Assembly: GCA_946965045.2 (NCBI GenBank)
Contig: OX337228.1
Span: 930,001 to 994,000 of the forward strand
DNA: 64,000 nucleotides
Reading direction: 5' to 3'
Source: Epithemia pelagica
Taxonomy: Eukaryota > Protista > Bacillariophyta
The position numbers were made by a program, and so were the translations under genes. The notes beneath the pieces are model-generated. The model saw only the letters and a list, made by a program, of their open reading frames with translations, was not told the origin of the DNA and searched no databases. This document shows positions 19,001 to 29,701 of this stretch, piece after piece (position 1 is the first letter of the stretch; every line of letters starts with the position of its first letter).

Positions 19001-22000
19001 GGAGCAGACGTTGGGCCATCAGTCGGAGCAGATGTGGGACCATGAGTCGGTTGGGTTGTCGGAGCGGATGTTGGGCCATCTGTGGGAGCAGATGTGGGAC
19101 TTGCAGTAGGCTCTGTTGTCGGAGCTGATGTGGGAGCAGATGTGGGACCAGCGGTTGGTTCTGATGTCGGAGCGGATGTTGGGCCGGCTGTCGGAGCTGA
19201 TGTGGGACCATCAGTTGGTTCTGCTGTTGGAGTACTCGTTGGGGTTTCCGTAGGCTCACTGGTCGGCAACGATGTTGGTGATGACGTTGGTGCACTTGTC
19301 GGACTGCTCGTCGGATTTTCAGTCGGCTCAGTTGTAGGACCACTCGTAGGTGAGCTCGTTGGTTGACTGGTTGGTGTTGATGTGGGAGCGTTCGTCGGGC
19401 CGTCTGTGGGACTTGCAGTGGGATTGTCAGTGGGATTGTCAGTTGGCTGTGATGTGGGAGTACTCGTGGGTGTTTCAGTGGGCTCACTGGTAGGGGTGGA
19501 CGTAGGTTGACTGGTCGGAGGTGTGGTGGGACCGGCCGTGGGTTGATTAGTGGGATTGTTCGTGGGCGCAGATGTCGGGGTCGATGTGGGATTGTCGGTA
19601 GGTCCACTTGTTGGTGCAGATGTTGGTCCGGCGGTAGGACCAGATGTTGGACCAGATGTGGGTCCATCTGTTGGAGTACTCGTTGGTGATGAAGTTGGCT
19701 CGCTGGTCGGCGACGATGTTGGTCCACTTGTTGGTCCACTTGTCGGACTGCTTGTTGGTCCACTTGTAGGTCCCGATGTCGGAGCTGACGTTGGGCCGGC
19801 TGTCGGTGCTGACGTAGGGGCTGTTGGGCTTCCTGTGGGAGAAGACGTTGGGGCTGTAGGACTTCCTGTAGGACTTGACGTTGGGGCTGTTGGATTGGAC
19901 GTTGGTTGTGCCGTTGGTGCACTTGTTGGCTGTGAAGTCGGGCTGCTTGTTGGTCCCGCAGTCGGAGCTGTCGTCGGACCATTCGTTGGTGCACTTGTGG
20001 GCGCTGAGGTAGGACTGTTTGTTGGTGTCGCCGTCGGAGCTGTAGTTGGACCTGCTGTTGGCTGACTTGTCGGACCCGCAGTTGGTGCACTTGTTGGTGC
20101 ACTCGTTGGTTGACTTGTGGGTGTCGATGTTGGAGCAGACGTTGGGCCATCAGTCGGAGCAGATGTGGGACCATCAGTCGGTTGGGTTGTCGGAGCGGAT
20201 GTTGGGCCATCTGTGGGAGCAGATGTGGGACTTGTAGTAGGCTCTGTTGTCGGAGCTGATGTGGGAGCAGATGTGGGACCAGCGGTTGGTTCTGATGTCG
20301 GAGCGGATGTTGGGCCGGCTGTCGGAGCTGATGTGGGACCATCAGTTGGTTCTGCTGTTGGAGTACTCGTTGGGGTTTCCGTAGGCTCACTGGTCGGCAA
20401 CGATGTTGGTGATGACGTCGGTGCACTTGTCGGACTGCTCGTCGGATTTTCAGTCGGCTCAGTTGTAGGACCACTCGTAGGTGAGCTCGTTGGTTGACTG
20501 GTTGGTGTTGATGTGGGAGCGTTCGTCGGGCCGTCTGTGGGACTTGCAGTGGGATTGTCAGTGGGATTGTCAGTTGGCTGTGATGTGGGAGTACTCGTGG
20601 GTGTTTCAGTGGGCTCACTGGTAGGGGTGGACGTAGGTTGACTGGTCGGAGGTGTGGTGGGACCGGCCGTGGGTTGATTAGTGGGATTGTTCGTGGGCGC
20701 AGATGTCGGGGTCGATGTGGGATTGTCGGTAGGTCCACTTGTTGGTGCAGATGTTGGTCCGGCGGTAGGACCAGATGTTGGACCAGATGTGGGTCCATCT
20801 GTTGGAGTACTCGTTGGTGATGAAGTTGGCTCGCTGGTCGGCGACGATGTTGGTCCACTTGTTGGTCCACTTGTCGGACTGCTTGTTGGTCCACTTGTAG
20901 GTCCCGATGTCGGAGCTGACGTTGGGCCGGCTGTCGGTGCTGACGTAGGGGCTGTTGGGCTTCCTGTGGGAGAAGACGTTGGGGCTGTAGGACTTCCTGT
21001 AGGACTTGACGTTGGGGCTGTTGGATTGGACGTTGGTTGTGCCGTTGGTGCACTTGTTGGCTGTGAAGTCGGGCTGCTTGTTGGTCCCGCAGTCGGAGCT
21101 GTCGTCGGACCATTCGTTGGTGCACTTGTGGGCGCTGAGGTAGGACTGTTTGTTGGTGTCGCCGTCGGAGCTGTAGTGGGACCTGCTGTTGGCTGACTTG
21201 TCGGACCCGCAGTTGGTGCACTTGTTGGTGCACTCGTTGGTTGACTTGTGGGTGTCGATGTTGGAGCAGACGTTGGGCCATCAGTCGGAGCAGATGTGGG
21301 ACCATGAGTCGGTTGGGTTGTCGGAGCGGATGTTGGGCCATCTGTGGGAGCAGATGTGGGACTTGTAGTAGGCTCTGTTGTCGGAGCTGATGTGGGAGCA
21401 GATGTGGGACCAGCGGTTGGTTCTGATGTCGGAGCGGATGTTGGGCCGGCTGTCGGAGCTGATGTGGGACCATCAGTTGGTTCTGCTGTTGGAGTACTCG
21501 TTGGGGTTTCCGTAGGCTCACTGGTCGGCAACGATGTTGGTGATGACGTTGGTGCACTTGTCGGACTGCTCGTCGGATTTTCAGTCGGCTCAGTTGTAGG
21601 ACCACTCGTAGGTGAGCTCGTTGGTTGACTGGTTGGTGTTGATGTGGGAGCGTTCGTCGGGCCGTCTGTGGGACTTGCAGTGGGATTGTCAGTGGGATTG
21701 TCAGTTGGCTGTGATGTGGGAGTACTCGTGGGTGTTTCAGTGGGCTCACTGGTAGGGGTGGACGTAGGTTGACTGGTCGGAGGTGTGGTGGGACCGGCCG
21801 TGGGTTGATTAGTGGGATTGTTCGTGGGCGCAGATGTCGGGGTCGATGTGGGATTGTCGGTTGGTGCGTCCGTGGGCTGACTTGTGGGACTGCTGGCCGG
21901 ATCATTGAGTCGTCGGCGGGAAACACCCGATCGCAAATGCCCCCCGACATCGGTCGAGTCGGTGTTTTCTCGGTCGTCATCGTACGGAACGCGTTTGGAA

Positions 22001-22446
22001 AGATTCGAATTCGTGATTGGTGGTTTGAACGGGTTCGTATCATCCTGGTGCGATGAATGGGATGTTTGGTCTTTTCCGGACCACAAGGATGACCAAAAAC
22101 CTTGAAGACTGGAAGCTGACTTTGTCACAGACGTGGGATGTTCAGTTGTGTTATGAGAACTATTGTCCTCAGCAGTCTTGGTTGTCACATTCATGTTGCA
22201 TGGGTCGGCTTCGTTGCAGCTCGTCGTCGTTTTACTTTCCTTCAACAACATAGCGTCGGAAGGTACGGGAGGAGTGGGCGTTGGAGAAGCCGGGGACGAC
22301 AAGGAGACGACAGGTTCTTTTCGTCTGTCTGGGTTGGTGGACTTGGCAAAACTGGTTCCACACAGAAGCTGTACAACAAGGAGTGCGTGGAGAAAGCGGG
22401 TCCCCCGTTTCCCCATAGTGGCAATTCTACAGGAGGAGGACACCAT
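16081..22446 (-). CDS. Secreted Pro/Thr/Ser-rich (xPTx repeat) mucin-like protein with Lys-Ser blocks, paralog 1, 2121 aa
   Basis: Signal peptide (FLHALLVVQLLCGTSFA), a propeptide ending RRRL, about 1900 aa of tetrapeptide repeats organised in 377-aa (1131-nt) units, and (SKK)n and (SEK)n blocks. The frame is open throughout. Confidence 0.9.
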   Translation of the reverse strand: MVSSSCRIATMGKRGTRFLHALLVVQLLCGTSFAKSTNPDRRKEPVVSLSSPASPTPTPPVPSDAMLLKESKTTTSCNEADPCNMNVTTKTAEDNSSHNTTEHPTSVTKSASSLQGFWSSLWSGKDQTSHSSHQDDTNPFKPPITNSNLSKRVPYDDDRENTDSTDVGGHLRSGVSRRRLNDPASSPTSQPTDAPTDNPTSTPTSAPTNNPTNQPTAGPTTPPTSQPTSTPTSEPTETPTSTPTSQPTDNPTDNPTASPTDGPTNAPTSTPTSQPTSSPTSGPTTEPTENPTSSPTSAPTSSPTSLPTSEPTETPTSTPTAEPTDGPTSAPTAGPTSAPTSEPTAGPTSAPTSAPTTEPTTSPTSAPTDGPTSAPTTQPTHGPTSAPTDGPTSAPTSTPTSQPTSAPTSAPTAGPTSQPTAGPTTAPTATPTNSPTSAPTSAPTNGPTTAPTAGPTSSPTSQPTSAPTAQPTSNPTAPTSSPTGSPTAPTSSPTGSPTAPTSAPTAGPTSAPTSGPTSGPTSSPTSGPTSGPTSSPTSEPTSSPTSTPTDGPTSGPTSGPTAGPTSAPTSGPTDNPTSTPTSAPTNNPTNQPTAGPTTPPTSQPTSTPTSEPTETPTSTPTSQPTDNPTDNPTASPTDGPTNAPTSTPTSQPTSSPTSGPTTEPTENPTSSPTSAPTSSPTSLPTSEPTETPTSTPTAEPTDGPTSAPTAGPTSAPTSEPTAGPTSAPTSAPTTEPTTSPTSAPTDGPTSAPTTQPTDGPTSAPTDGPTSAPTSTPTSQPTSAPTSAPTAGPTSQPTAGPTTAPTATPTNSPTSAPTSAPTNGPTTAPTAGPTSSPTSQPTSAPTAQPTSNPTAPTSSPTGSPTAPTSSPTGSPTAPTSAPTAGPTSAPTSGPTSGPTSSPTSGPTSGPTSSPTSEPTSSPTSTPTDGPTSGPTSGPTAGPTSAPTSGPTDNPTSTPTSAPTNNPTNQPTAGPTTPPTSQPTSTPTSEPTETPTSTPTSQPTDNPTDNPTASPTDGPTNAPTSTPTSQPTSSPTSGPTTEPTENPTSSPTSAPTSSPTSLPTSEPTETPTSTPTAEPTDGPTSAPTAGPTSAPTSEPTAGPTSAPTSAPTTEPTASPTSAPTDGPTSAPTTQPTHGPTSAPTDGPTSAPTSTPTSQPTSAPTSAPTAGPTSQPTAGPTTAPTATPTNSPTSAPTSAPTNGPTTAPTAGPTSSPTSQPTSAPTAQPTSNPTAPTSSPTGSPTAPTSSPTGNVFSHRKPTSQPTSAPTSGPTSSPTSGPTSGPTSSPTSEPTSSPTSTPTDGPTSGPTSGPTAGPTSAPTSGPTDNPTSTPTSAPTNNPTNQPTVGPTTPPTSQPTSTPTSEPTETPTSTPTSQPTDNPTDNPTASPTDGPTNAPTSTPTSQPTSSPTSGPTTEPTENPTSSPTSAPTSSPTSLPTSEPTETPTSTPTAEPTDGPTSAPTAGPTSAPTSEPTAGPTSAPTSAPTTEPTTSPTSAPTDGPTSAPTTQPTDGPTSAPTDGPTSAPTSTPTSQPTSAPTSGPTSVPTAAPTAVPTTEPTQSPSSSTDEPTPGVPPTAESSTSKKSKKSKKSKKSNPTAAPTAVPTTQSTQSPSSSTDEPTPGVPPAAESSTSKKSEKSEKSEKSEKSEKSGKVPKTSSPTSGPTSSPTSAPTSLPTSSPTSEPTSSPTSTPTDEPTSGPTSAPTAGPTSAPTSGPTSGPTSSPTSGPTSGPTSSPTSEPTSSPTSTPTDEPTSGPTSAPTAGPTSAPTSGPTSGPTSSPTSSPTSGPTSGPTSSPTSEPTSSPTSTPTDEPTSGPTSGPTDGPTSAPTSGPTSRPTSSPTSGPTSSPTSEPTSSPTNTPTDGPTSGPTSAPTAGPTSAPTSGPTSGPTSSPTSGPTSGPTSSPTSEPTSSPTSTPTDEPTSGPTSGPTAGPTSAPTSGPTSGPTNSPTSGPTSSPTSEPTSSPTSTPTHGPTSGPTSGPTAGPTSAPTSAPTSGPTSGPTAGPTSQPTFGPTTAPTAAPTSGPTSQPTSAPTAQPTSNPTAPTSSPTGSPTAPTSSPTLVPTSAPTSVPTAAPTAVPTTQPTQSPSRSDEPTAGVPPAAESSTSKKSKKSKKSKKSKKSKKSKKKE

Positions 22447-23144
22447 GGTGATGGGGAGCGTTCGCTTTGCTCCAAAGTGGTACTGTCTCTAGTAGGTCGA
22501 CAAGAGGGCTCACGGTCAATGTCCCTGGTGGTGGAGCCTCAAAGCTTTGATGAAACCAAACGGATCAAATGGAAAAATATGAGTTTCCAACTAGTAAAGT
22601 GACGAAAACACTTGCACAACAACGATATCGTCGTCGATCACTTCCTCTCGAATGATGACCTTTTTGGTTTGTCCCCCAAATGGTGTATATTGAGAATGTT
22701 TGTGCAACAGTCATTTCCAAAAGTGGCAGGGCCACAGGATGACCCGCAAAGGAGAACCCGATCATGCGCTCGAAAGACGTTGACGTTAGCGGCGGAAGGA
22801 TCCTATAGTACTCCCAACCCGATATCTTTACTATTCAAACGTCCAGTTTCCAGTGAAATTTAGCGTGTGGGCGATACAAAGATTTATGTTTTATGCTTTG
22901 ATGCACCCAGGACCCAGGTACTCGTAGGGTACGAATACTCGAAAGGGGGTCATCGGATATCGGATACAGGAAATGGGAAACGATTACGAGTACGAGTATA
23001 CTCGTATTCTACAAAATCTTACATCAAATATCGCTCTACGATGAAAGAGAGAAAGACAGAAAGAAAGAGACAAAGAGACAAAGAGAGAAAGGCCCTTTGG
23101 CCTTTGGGGACTCAAAGAATACGAGTACGAGTACGACCTACGAG

Positions 23145-23499
23145 TAGTGTTGGGGTAACGGTCTCATTCTGATGGGCACGAGGGACGCTCCCATCTATGA
23201 CTGATGGTAACGTTTCCATTACCCAGAAATGCCTTTCAAGGATGGTCGTAATGGGAGCGTTCCCATTACCCAGTGCACGTTATGTTACCCCTGGATAACC
23301 TCTAGATTACCCCATTCCAAAGTCATGCCCCTACTCAATCTACGGAAAAACGAAGATCTCATGCCCAAAAAGTATGCACGACGGGTTTAGGCGCTCCTGG
23401 GAATGCCCATGGTCATTTTGACATCAATGGGCACAGGGGTATCGTGCCCACCTTGCCCATGCCCCCGGGCATTCCACGTGCCACATTCCCCCAACACTA
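23145..23499. mobile_element. 355-bp hAT-type MITE
   Basis: 11-bp TIR TAGTGTTGGGG/CCCCAACACTA and 8-bp TSD cctacgag/gctacgag (7/8 match). Many internal ATGGG/CCCAT motifs. Absent from the unit-3 upstream region. Confidence 0.75.
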
Positions 23500-23817
23500 G
23501 CTACGAGCTCATATTCGTGCTACCTAGTCCAATTCTCCTCGCACTTTTCCAATATTGCCTCCATATGGTGGCAATTATTAGATGTTCGAATTCGAGATAT
23601 TTTCTCGATCGTGGTGTCTTGGCCGGCTTAAGTAAACACTAATCTGAATTTTGTTATTGTATTGGGTGCGTCATCGTCCCAATCGTCCTCTGTCGTCGTC
23701 AGTCGTACGCGTTACGCGTACGAGGTACGGACGCAGGTCTTACTCCTTGTACGTACGAGGTATAAGTAGTACAACTCGTAAGTACGAGTACGTGTACGAG
23801 TACGGACCACTGAACTC

Positions 23818-24442
23818 TAGAGGTGGCTCCAGCGGTGTGCGGACGCGCAGCTCCAGCGCTGGAGCTTCAGCGCTAGAGAAACTCCAGCAGAGATTTTCTG
23901 TTGCAGGAAAAGTCCGCTACATTGGTCGCCTTTCTCTGTGACTGTTGCCTGTGTTGCATCTCATTCATTTGCTCCGCACTGGTCATTGCTGACCCTGTGT
24001 CATTCATTTGCTCCACACTGCCTTCCACAATGTTTGATTACAATGATAATGATGACTCATCAAAGGTGGAAGAGCTTGATATGGATGGCACTCCGAAGGC
24101 CACGCAGAAAAAGAAGGTTCTCTCGGATGGATACAACAGGCCATTGCCTGCGACTGCTGCCTCTTCTGAACGGGTATTCAGTATTGCAGGACTGATCATA
24201 TCTGCGAAACAAGCATCACTGGACCCTTCCACCGTTACAGATTTCCTTTTTTACGTGAGAATTGGGAACATGTGTTCTCACCATAAGATAGATTCACTAG
24301 CTTCTAGCTAGGTATTTTCATCATGGTAGCACAGGTAGTCTTTTCTCCAGCTTGAGCGCTTACCTAGCTCCAGCAGAGACGTCTCCAGCGCTTACCTAGA
24401 TCCAGCAGAGATGAGCTGTTGCTGTTGCTGGAGCCACCTCTA
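23818..24442 (+). mobile_element. 625-bp non-autonomous hAT deletion derivative
   Basis: Perfect 16-bp TIR TAGAGGTGGCTCCAGC/GCTGGAGCCACCTCTA and perfect 8-bp TSD CTGAACTC (23810-23817, 24443-24450). Contains a hAT C-terminal dimerisation remnant, PATAASSERVFSIAGLII. Confidence 0.92.
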
Positions 24443-26884
24443 CTGAACTCCCGATTAAAAAACTGGGTGTGCTTAATCATGAGTCTCTACCAATTTCACA
24501 CGACCAAAAAAATACATGATAATGTCGTTTTGGTGATCCAAAAACTTTTGGAGCTGAAAGGGACGAAACTCGATTGAGCTTTCCTGATTCTGGTTGGGGA
24601 GTCATTCATGGGTTCCCACGCCAACGCCCAATCCCCCAGTCACAGTCACACATGACAACACCCAAAATACACAACATATCAGACGCTCGATACGGGAAGA
24701 GGTAATGTTGGTGGCAATAGGCGAAAAACATTGAAAGGGCCTTTGGGAGTAGGGAGAGATTCAATTCATCACCACTAGACCCGATCAAAAAGTCTTTTTC
24801 TTCAGGAAGCCCTCCTTCGGAAAGAAACAAGAGTACGAAGGTGTCCGCCGGTCTAACAGCCAACAGAGACGTCAAGACGGTGCAAGAACAACCGACACGT
24901 GAAGGTGCATGGTAGAAAGACTATTTCATCCTTGGCTCACTTCGTAGGGTCCAAAAAGGCGAGGCAACTGAACGCCGTCGCATCGATAAACCTGTCCAAA
25001 AGACTTGCACATTCTTGACTTCCTCCTTGATCGAACTGTGGTGCCTACCTACCCTGTTTTCTGGAATCTGGGGATCACGTCGTCTTTTTCTGGAGCACCT
25101 ACCTCTCTTGCACATTTGATCATGGCTCCTAGACTTATTACAAAGGACCAAAGGTTACGATAGGAAGATGTACATCTGTGTCCTTGGTTGCCAGCCACAT
25201 GGACGAGAGAGCCACTTTCCTTCTTCTATACAACTACCTCTAGCTAGGAATACGCGTTCCAGGATGGAGAAAAAACAGGCAGGAGACGTTGTGTGGAGTA
25301 GCAGAGTATTCGCCATGCGAGAGAATCGTGTAGTATAGATGATAGGGGAAACCGTTTGCTGTTTGTACTGCAGTCGATCATGAGGGGTGCTGGATGGGAG
25401 TTTTTGTTTTGGGAACAGTTTTGACGTCCACCAACGGTCGGCGGTCGGACGGTTAAAAAGGGCGACTCCCGTCATGGACACTACGTAGAGGTAGTACTCT
25501 GTAATTTGTTTGAGATGACGGATCGGGAGTTGCAACCTACCCCCCAGCGGGGGTGAGTGAGTCCCGCAGGCCTCAGTCGGAAAAAAGCTGCACTCTGGTT
25601 CTCAGCGGGGGTGAGTGAGTCCTGCAGGCCTCAGTCGGAAAAAAGCTGCACTCTGGTTCTCACCCGGGGGTGAGTAAGGGAATGCAACACTAGGTGCAAC
25701 CTACCGGGTCGCCCCTGCTTGGGGTAAGTTGCAACCGCATCATCGCAAGAATACAACATCCCATCTCAGGCAGACGAGCAAACGATCCAAGTGTGCTGCT
25801 GCTGTGTTCTCTTAGGAACCAAACGAGTGCATAACAATATCTTGGTGTCGTTCTACTTTCACAGGCGGCACGAGGACAAGAATCCATTAGTGGGGGAACA
25901 ACAACATGATGGTCATGACTTCTTTTAAAACAGAAACCACGATTCGGTCGACTTCTTTTCTTCCTCCTGAACCACAAGACGACGAGGACCTTTCGTCACG
26001 ACTTGTATATCATTTGGAATATCCCCGTATTTCCGTGCATGCAGTGCCTCCTATATGAAGCACCATGGTAGGATTCCTCGTCCAAGCCATTAGTGTCCAT
26101 CCCATTCTCCGTCTGGTGGTCGGAGGAGGAGAATGACAAGAGGGACCAACCTCCAACAGTCTTGTGAAGTACCATTTGGATTGGCTGTGTTTTGGTTTGG
26201 CCGTGGAGCGATTGGTCCAATCCATGGTGTACCCTCCTTGTTGTTGCTGTTGTACCTCATTCTCGTCAGTCCAGTGGTAGAAGAAGAAGGATTATGAACC
26301 TGATCCTCAATCCTTGCTCGTGCATTCACTGGTTGTGCCTGGCACTCCCCTTGACCGTTTTGTTACCCACAAAGACGGTGACCAAGAGTCGGCCAGTCAT
26401 TCAGGGTGACCGCAAGACAAAGAGTTTGTAAGAACCACTCAAGTAGACAGTCTCGACGGGTGGTTCCTTGTGGTTGTGGCTGTGGTTGTCATGCTCATCC
26501 CAATGGGGGAATGATCCAAGAGTGTGTGCTGGAGCGCCCACCCAACGTCCAAGTTTCGTGAAATGTTCCTGTCTTCTTCTACTACTAGTACCGGAAAGCA
26601 CGACAGGGAAGGATCCGTTCCACCAAGGAACTCTTGCTTCTTCCTCCTTTTGTTGTGTTCCATTACGTGTTTGTGTGGAATCGCACACCATGTTGTTTCT
26701 TGATGTCACTTTATACGACGACAGGAAGCTCGTGTAGTGTTCCTTGAGAAGTGTGTTTCAGAGGAAAAGAGTCGATGGCGACAGAATAATTGTTGTGATT
26801 GGAATCAGCTGTCCTCTGTTTCCCAGCGTCCATACAGGAATCTGCATCGCAAGAAAGATGTGTTGATGCGTAGATGCAAGTTAA

Positions 26885-29701
26885 CCCTTTCAGCCCGGCA
26901 ACTCAATTTTCTGATGTCAGTCATTTCCCGTTTTTAGTGACCGCAGCAACTACTTAACAAAAAAGTCAAAATACTCTATGGGTGTATCAATCCACGTACT
27001 TACACGTACAAATAATCTATAGGGACCTGCAACCCAAGACTCATTTGTCGATCTTCTTCTTTCACCGTCTCTTGTTCAAGGACCATGGACTCTCCAGCTC
27101 ACCAACGTCGTACCAAACGATATAAACAGACCACCCCACAGTCGGAAGCGAAATGCTTGTTCCTAGAAGAAGACGATGAGAAGACATTCAAGAATGAATG
27201 CAAGGCTGCTTCCTCCCCTTTGTTCCTCAGTCCTCTTGGCACCAAGTTAGTCCTCGACGCTGAAGCGAATGGCAAGCCCATTGATCTTTTGGAAGTCAAC
27301 AAGAAGGTCATTGAGCATGACGTCCAACACATGATAGAAGAGGACAAGAAGGTTCTTACGGACGATAATGATCCTTCCGATCCGAACAAGAAAGATATTG
27401 TCGTTGTCCTGCAATTGTCTCATCCTGATGGCAGATGCTGGAACGGAGGAACCACTTGTGGAAGGTGTCCCCCTTTTCCGAGACGACTTCGGAGTCTTCC
27501 TGCTTTGTTGATAAATATCTGCATACGGAGTGCAGAGAGAACATGCCAGTTGCCTCTTGAACTCACGGAGTTTCCTGGCCGTAGATAGCTTCTCCACCCC
27601 ATCTCCTTCTTTGTCATTACCTTCTTCTGTGTCGTCTTTTTCTTTGACTTCGATAAGTTTCATCTCCCTAAGCTTCAGGTAGACATTGAATGCATTTAGG
27701 ATACAAATATCTTGGAGAAAGTGCCACACTTGAATCGACAGTACAGTTTCTTTTCGTTTACAGGCGTTGGTAGCTCTCATCTGGTCGGCCCTGTCGACCC
27801 CATTCATGAAAAGATTGTATGCCACAACCGGTGCAGGAGCTCTAAAGGAAGCTCAAATGTGAAGAGAATGACCAACCCAGCACCACATTGTCGCTAAGCC
27901 ATGAACCTTTTCAATGGCCTCCGGATCGTCTTGATATAAGAAGGTCTTGGACGGTGTTCCAAAGAGATCATTAGTGTAAAACACCACTGGCTTTTTATCG
28001 AGATATACGATGTAGCAACAACAATCCGCTGCAATGGCGTATTCCTTTTCGATCTCGATAATGTCCGCTACCTCAAAGCCAACTTTCATTCGAGGGAGAG
28101 TCTTGGCATACTCCTTTGTCTTCTCTTTGGCCTGTTGCTTGCTTTGGTCTGGATGCACAACACCAGTGAAAGCCTTGGCCAATACCCAGGAACCTCGATC
28201 TTTATTCTCTAAATACTTGATCGCCGTGGTAACATTGTTCTTGTTGATTTTGTCGACCAAGTTCAATCAAACTGTACCAGTTACCTTGATATTCCCATCC
28301 GTGTATTTGTCGATCGCTCGAGCCAGACTGTGTCTGGTATAGAAATTATCCATATAGACAACAGTTTGCGGCATTGATTCCCTCGGCCGTACGGCGTTGG
28401 CAGCAATAAGAGCTCGGTACAAGAGGCCCATCATTAGGACCCATAACATGCTGGCGGAGTCCACGGCCACAGGACAGGCATTGCGAATACGACTTTTGGT
28501 GGCTTGACAGAGTTGATTGAATGAGGATGTCAACTCTCCAAAGATCTTCAAATATCGCTCAGCCGGAGTTTGACTGGTCATATTACCAGAACCATTGTCA
28601 AAAAGGCCGAATGTGTATGTATAACTCCACCCAACAACGGCGTAAAAACGAATTGCGAATTTGTCAGGCTTCGACGGTATGTAGGTAGAGGCCCGTGTTT
28701 TTGCTTTCGTAGGATAGCTTGCCTCGTCCAATGCAACCGGACCAACTGGCTGAGCAACGGAACTGAAGTTCCGGAGTATGTGGGACATAGCAGCTCGACA
28801 GGTCCACATAGGGTCGTCTGGATTTCTTGCCATCGACTGTGAATAGATTCGGAGCGATCCTCGGATGGTGACAAATGTATCTCTAGACATGGTAGAAGAG
28901 AAGGCAGACGAACCAAGAAATAATTTGGTGCTCCACAATTCCTTCATTTGAGTTGAGTTACAGAGCAAAAGCGCAATATCCAACCCCAGTACACAGCATA
29001 GAGCCTTTGTAGTAAGAACAATTTTGGTTCTTTGTCCACTCTGTTTGGCTTCCAAGGCTTCTTTCGTCGCTTTGAAGATGAAACCGTCGATGAATCGTTT
29101 GGGGATAAATAGGAAGAATAATCCCAAGGGACCGGATTCCAAGAAGGCTTGTTGGCATGCCTTGGGATTATGTAGATATAGATTGGCAGAGGCAATTTGG
29201 TTGTCGATGTACTGGTTCTCTCTCTGAGCCGACTTTATATCCCTCAGACGAACCTTACCATCTCGGTGAAGGTTCGTGATGAGCTCGTAATCTTCTTCAT
29301 TATCATCTTCGTTGTTGTAATGGAGCTCTCTGGCGACATCAGAGGTGCTCTCCATGGTTGAAAGTACTTTGTAACATGAATGAGGTACATGTGGTTTTAT
29401 GAAAAACACATGTAACTCGAGAAGTAGGCGCTGGATTGCGGTGGTCCGACCACCAACTGGTAGAACGTACTAAGACGGATGTATGGTGACAAACAGTCGT
29501 CCTATAACATGAAAGTCATTGACATATGATCGCTACAAAATCGCAATTTTGGTAAATGGCGATATTGTCATCATTTTTTGAATCACGAGTTGTTGGTCAT
29601 AACTCACGTGGTAATTTGTTAATTGGATTGCAATTTTGTTAAGTATTTTTTAATGACAAATTTGTCAGTGAACGGGCAAAAAAAGTGCCGGGCTGAAAGG
29701 G
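26885..29701 (-). mobile_element. piggyBac copy 2 (2817 bp), at the same site as copy 1
   Basis: Same 16-bp TIRs (26885-26900 and 29686-29701). Flanks are TTAA (26881-26884) and TCAA (29702-29705). Confidence 0.95.
27247..29355 (-). pseudogene. piggyBac transposase with two nonsense mutations
   Basis: TGA at 28269-28267 and 27855-27853, both CGA (Arg) in copy 1. No frameshift is visible. Confidence 0.92.

Larger units (their letters stand above)
813..24930. repeat. Tandem segmental unit 1: X - piggyBac - Harbinger - Y - mucin gene 1 - upstream region with two hAT derivatives
   Basis: Near-identical sequence starts at 'cttggctc' at 813, 24931 and 42488. Sequence 1-812 is unrelated to the other units. 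Confidence 0.9.

Noticed and set aside
16547-21628. Many plus-strand V/G/D-rich ORFs across the mucin genes
   Set aside because: Antisense shadows of the Pro/Thr/Ser codons.
15957-22043. 2028-aa Q/R/H/L/V-rich ORF and its equivalents (31472-33712, 34628-39127)
   Set aside because: Alternate-frame shadow of the xPTx repeats; the repeat codons rarely create stops in that frame. It has no signal peptide or unique domain.
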